DNA of 63,714 nt, filler included, from Octopus bimaculoides (taxonomy: Eukaryota): assembly GCF_001194135.2 (NCBI RefSeq). It is 3 parts of one record of this genome, joined end to end, with 100 filler letters (N's around TTAATTAATTAA, not from the genome) between each part and the next. Parts side by side here need not be neighbours in the genome. Positions count along the whole stretch, not along the records: positions 42,813 to 63,714 come from NC_068982.1; 2 more parts are not named here. One strand, 5' to 3'. This document shows positions 63,505-63,714 of this stretch, piece after piece. The translations under genes were made by a program, and so were the position numbers. Each line of letters opens with the position of its first letter. The first letter of the stretch is position 1. The notes beneath the pieces are model-generated. The model searched no databases. It saw only the letters and a program-made list of their open reading frames with translations, and was not told where the DNA came from.

Positions 63505-63714
63505 TTTACTTCAGTCATTTGACTGCAGCCATGCTGGAGCACCGCCTTTAATCGACTTATTCTTTGTAAGCCTAGTACTTATTGTATCGGTCTGTTTTGC
63601 CGAACCGCTAACTTGCTGGGACGTAAACACACCAACATCTGTTGTCAAGCGGTGTTGGAAGACAAACACAGACGTACAAGCACACACACACGCACACAAA
63701 CACACACACACACA
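63505..63714 (-). mobile_element. SINE family A tail and (CA)n, cut by the window edge
   Basis: TTTCAGTCATTTGACTGCAGCCATGCTGGAGCACCGCC...GTTGTCAAGCG. Confidence 0.85.

Overview
AT-rich, gap-ridden eukaryotic genomic DNA. The repeat content (tRNA-derived SINEs, RTE, R4/Dong and Tx1 retrotransposons, very dense microsatellites) suggests an octopod cephalopod; this is an inference, no search was run. I found no recognisable host protein-coding gene, and nearly all listed ORFs are microsatellite, N-gap or transposon translations. The window holds three SINE families, a short RTE-tail element, decayed LINEs (Tx1/L1-like, RTE, R4/Dong-like, L2/CR1-like), mariner, pogo/Tigger and hAT remnants, and several MITEs. 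The most interesting observations are: (1) a full-length U6 snRNA retrocopy joined at four Ts to a retroelement 3' tail and later split by a SINE with an 18-bp duplication (25475-26094); (2) two minimal type I hammerhead ribozyme motifs of the Penelope-associated kind, one in a ~520-bp fold-back element (17641-18162) and one antisense to a decayed reading frame (27903-27943); (3) R4-clade fragments that sit in (TACA)n tracts, next to a (TAA)n-flanked Dong-like copy; (4) an RTE copy with an inverted 5' endonuclease segment. Two artificial 100-bp scaffold joins (16492-16591, 42713-42812) split the window into three blocks whose adjacency is unproven. SINE and decayed-transposon boundaries are approximate.
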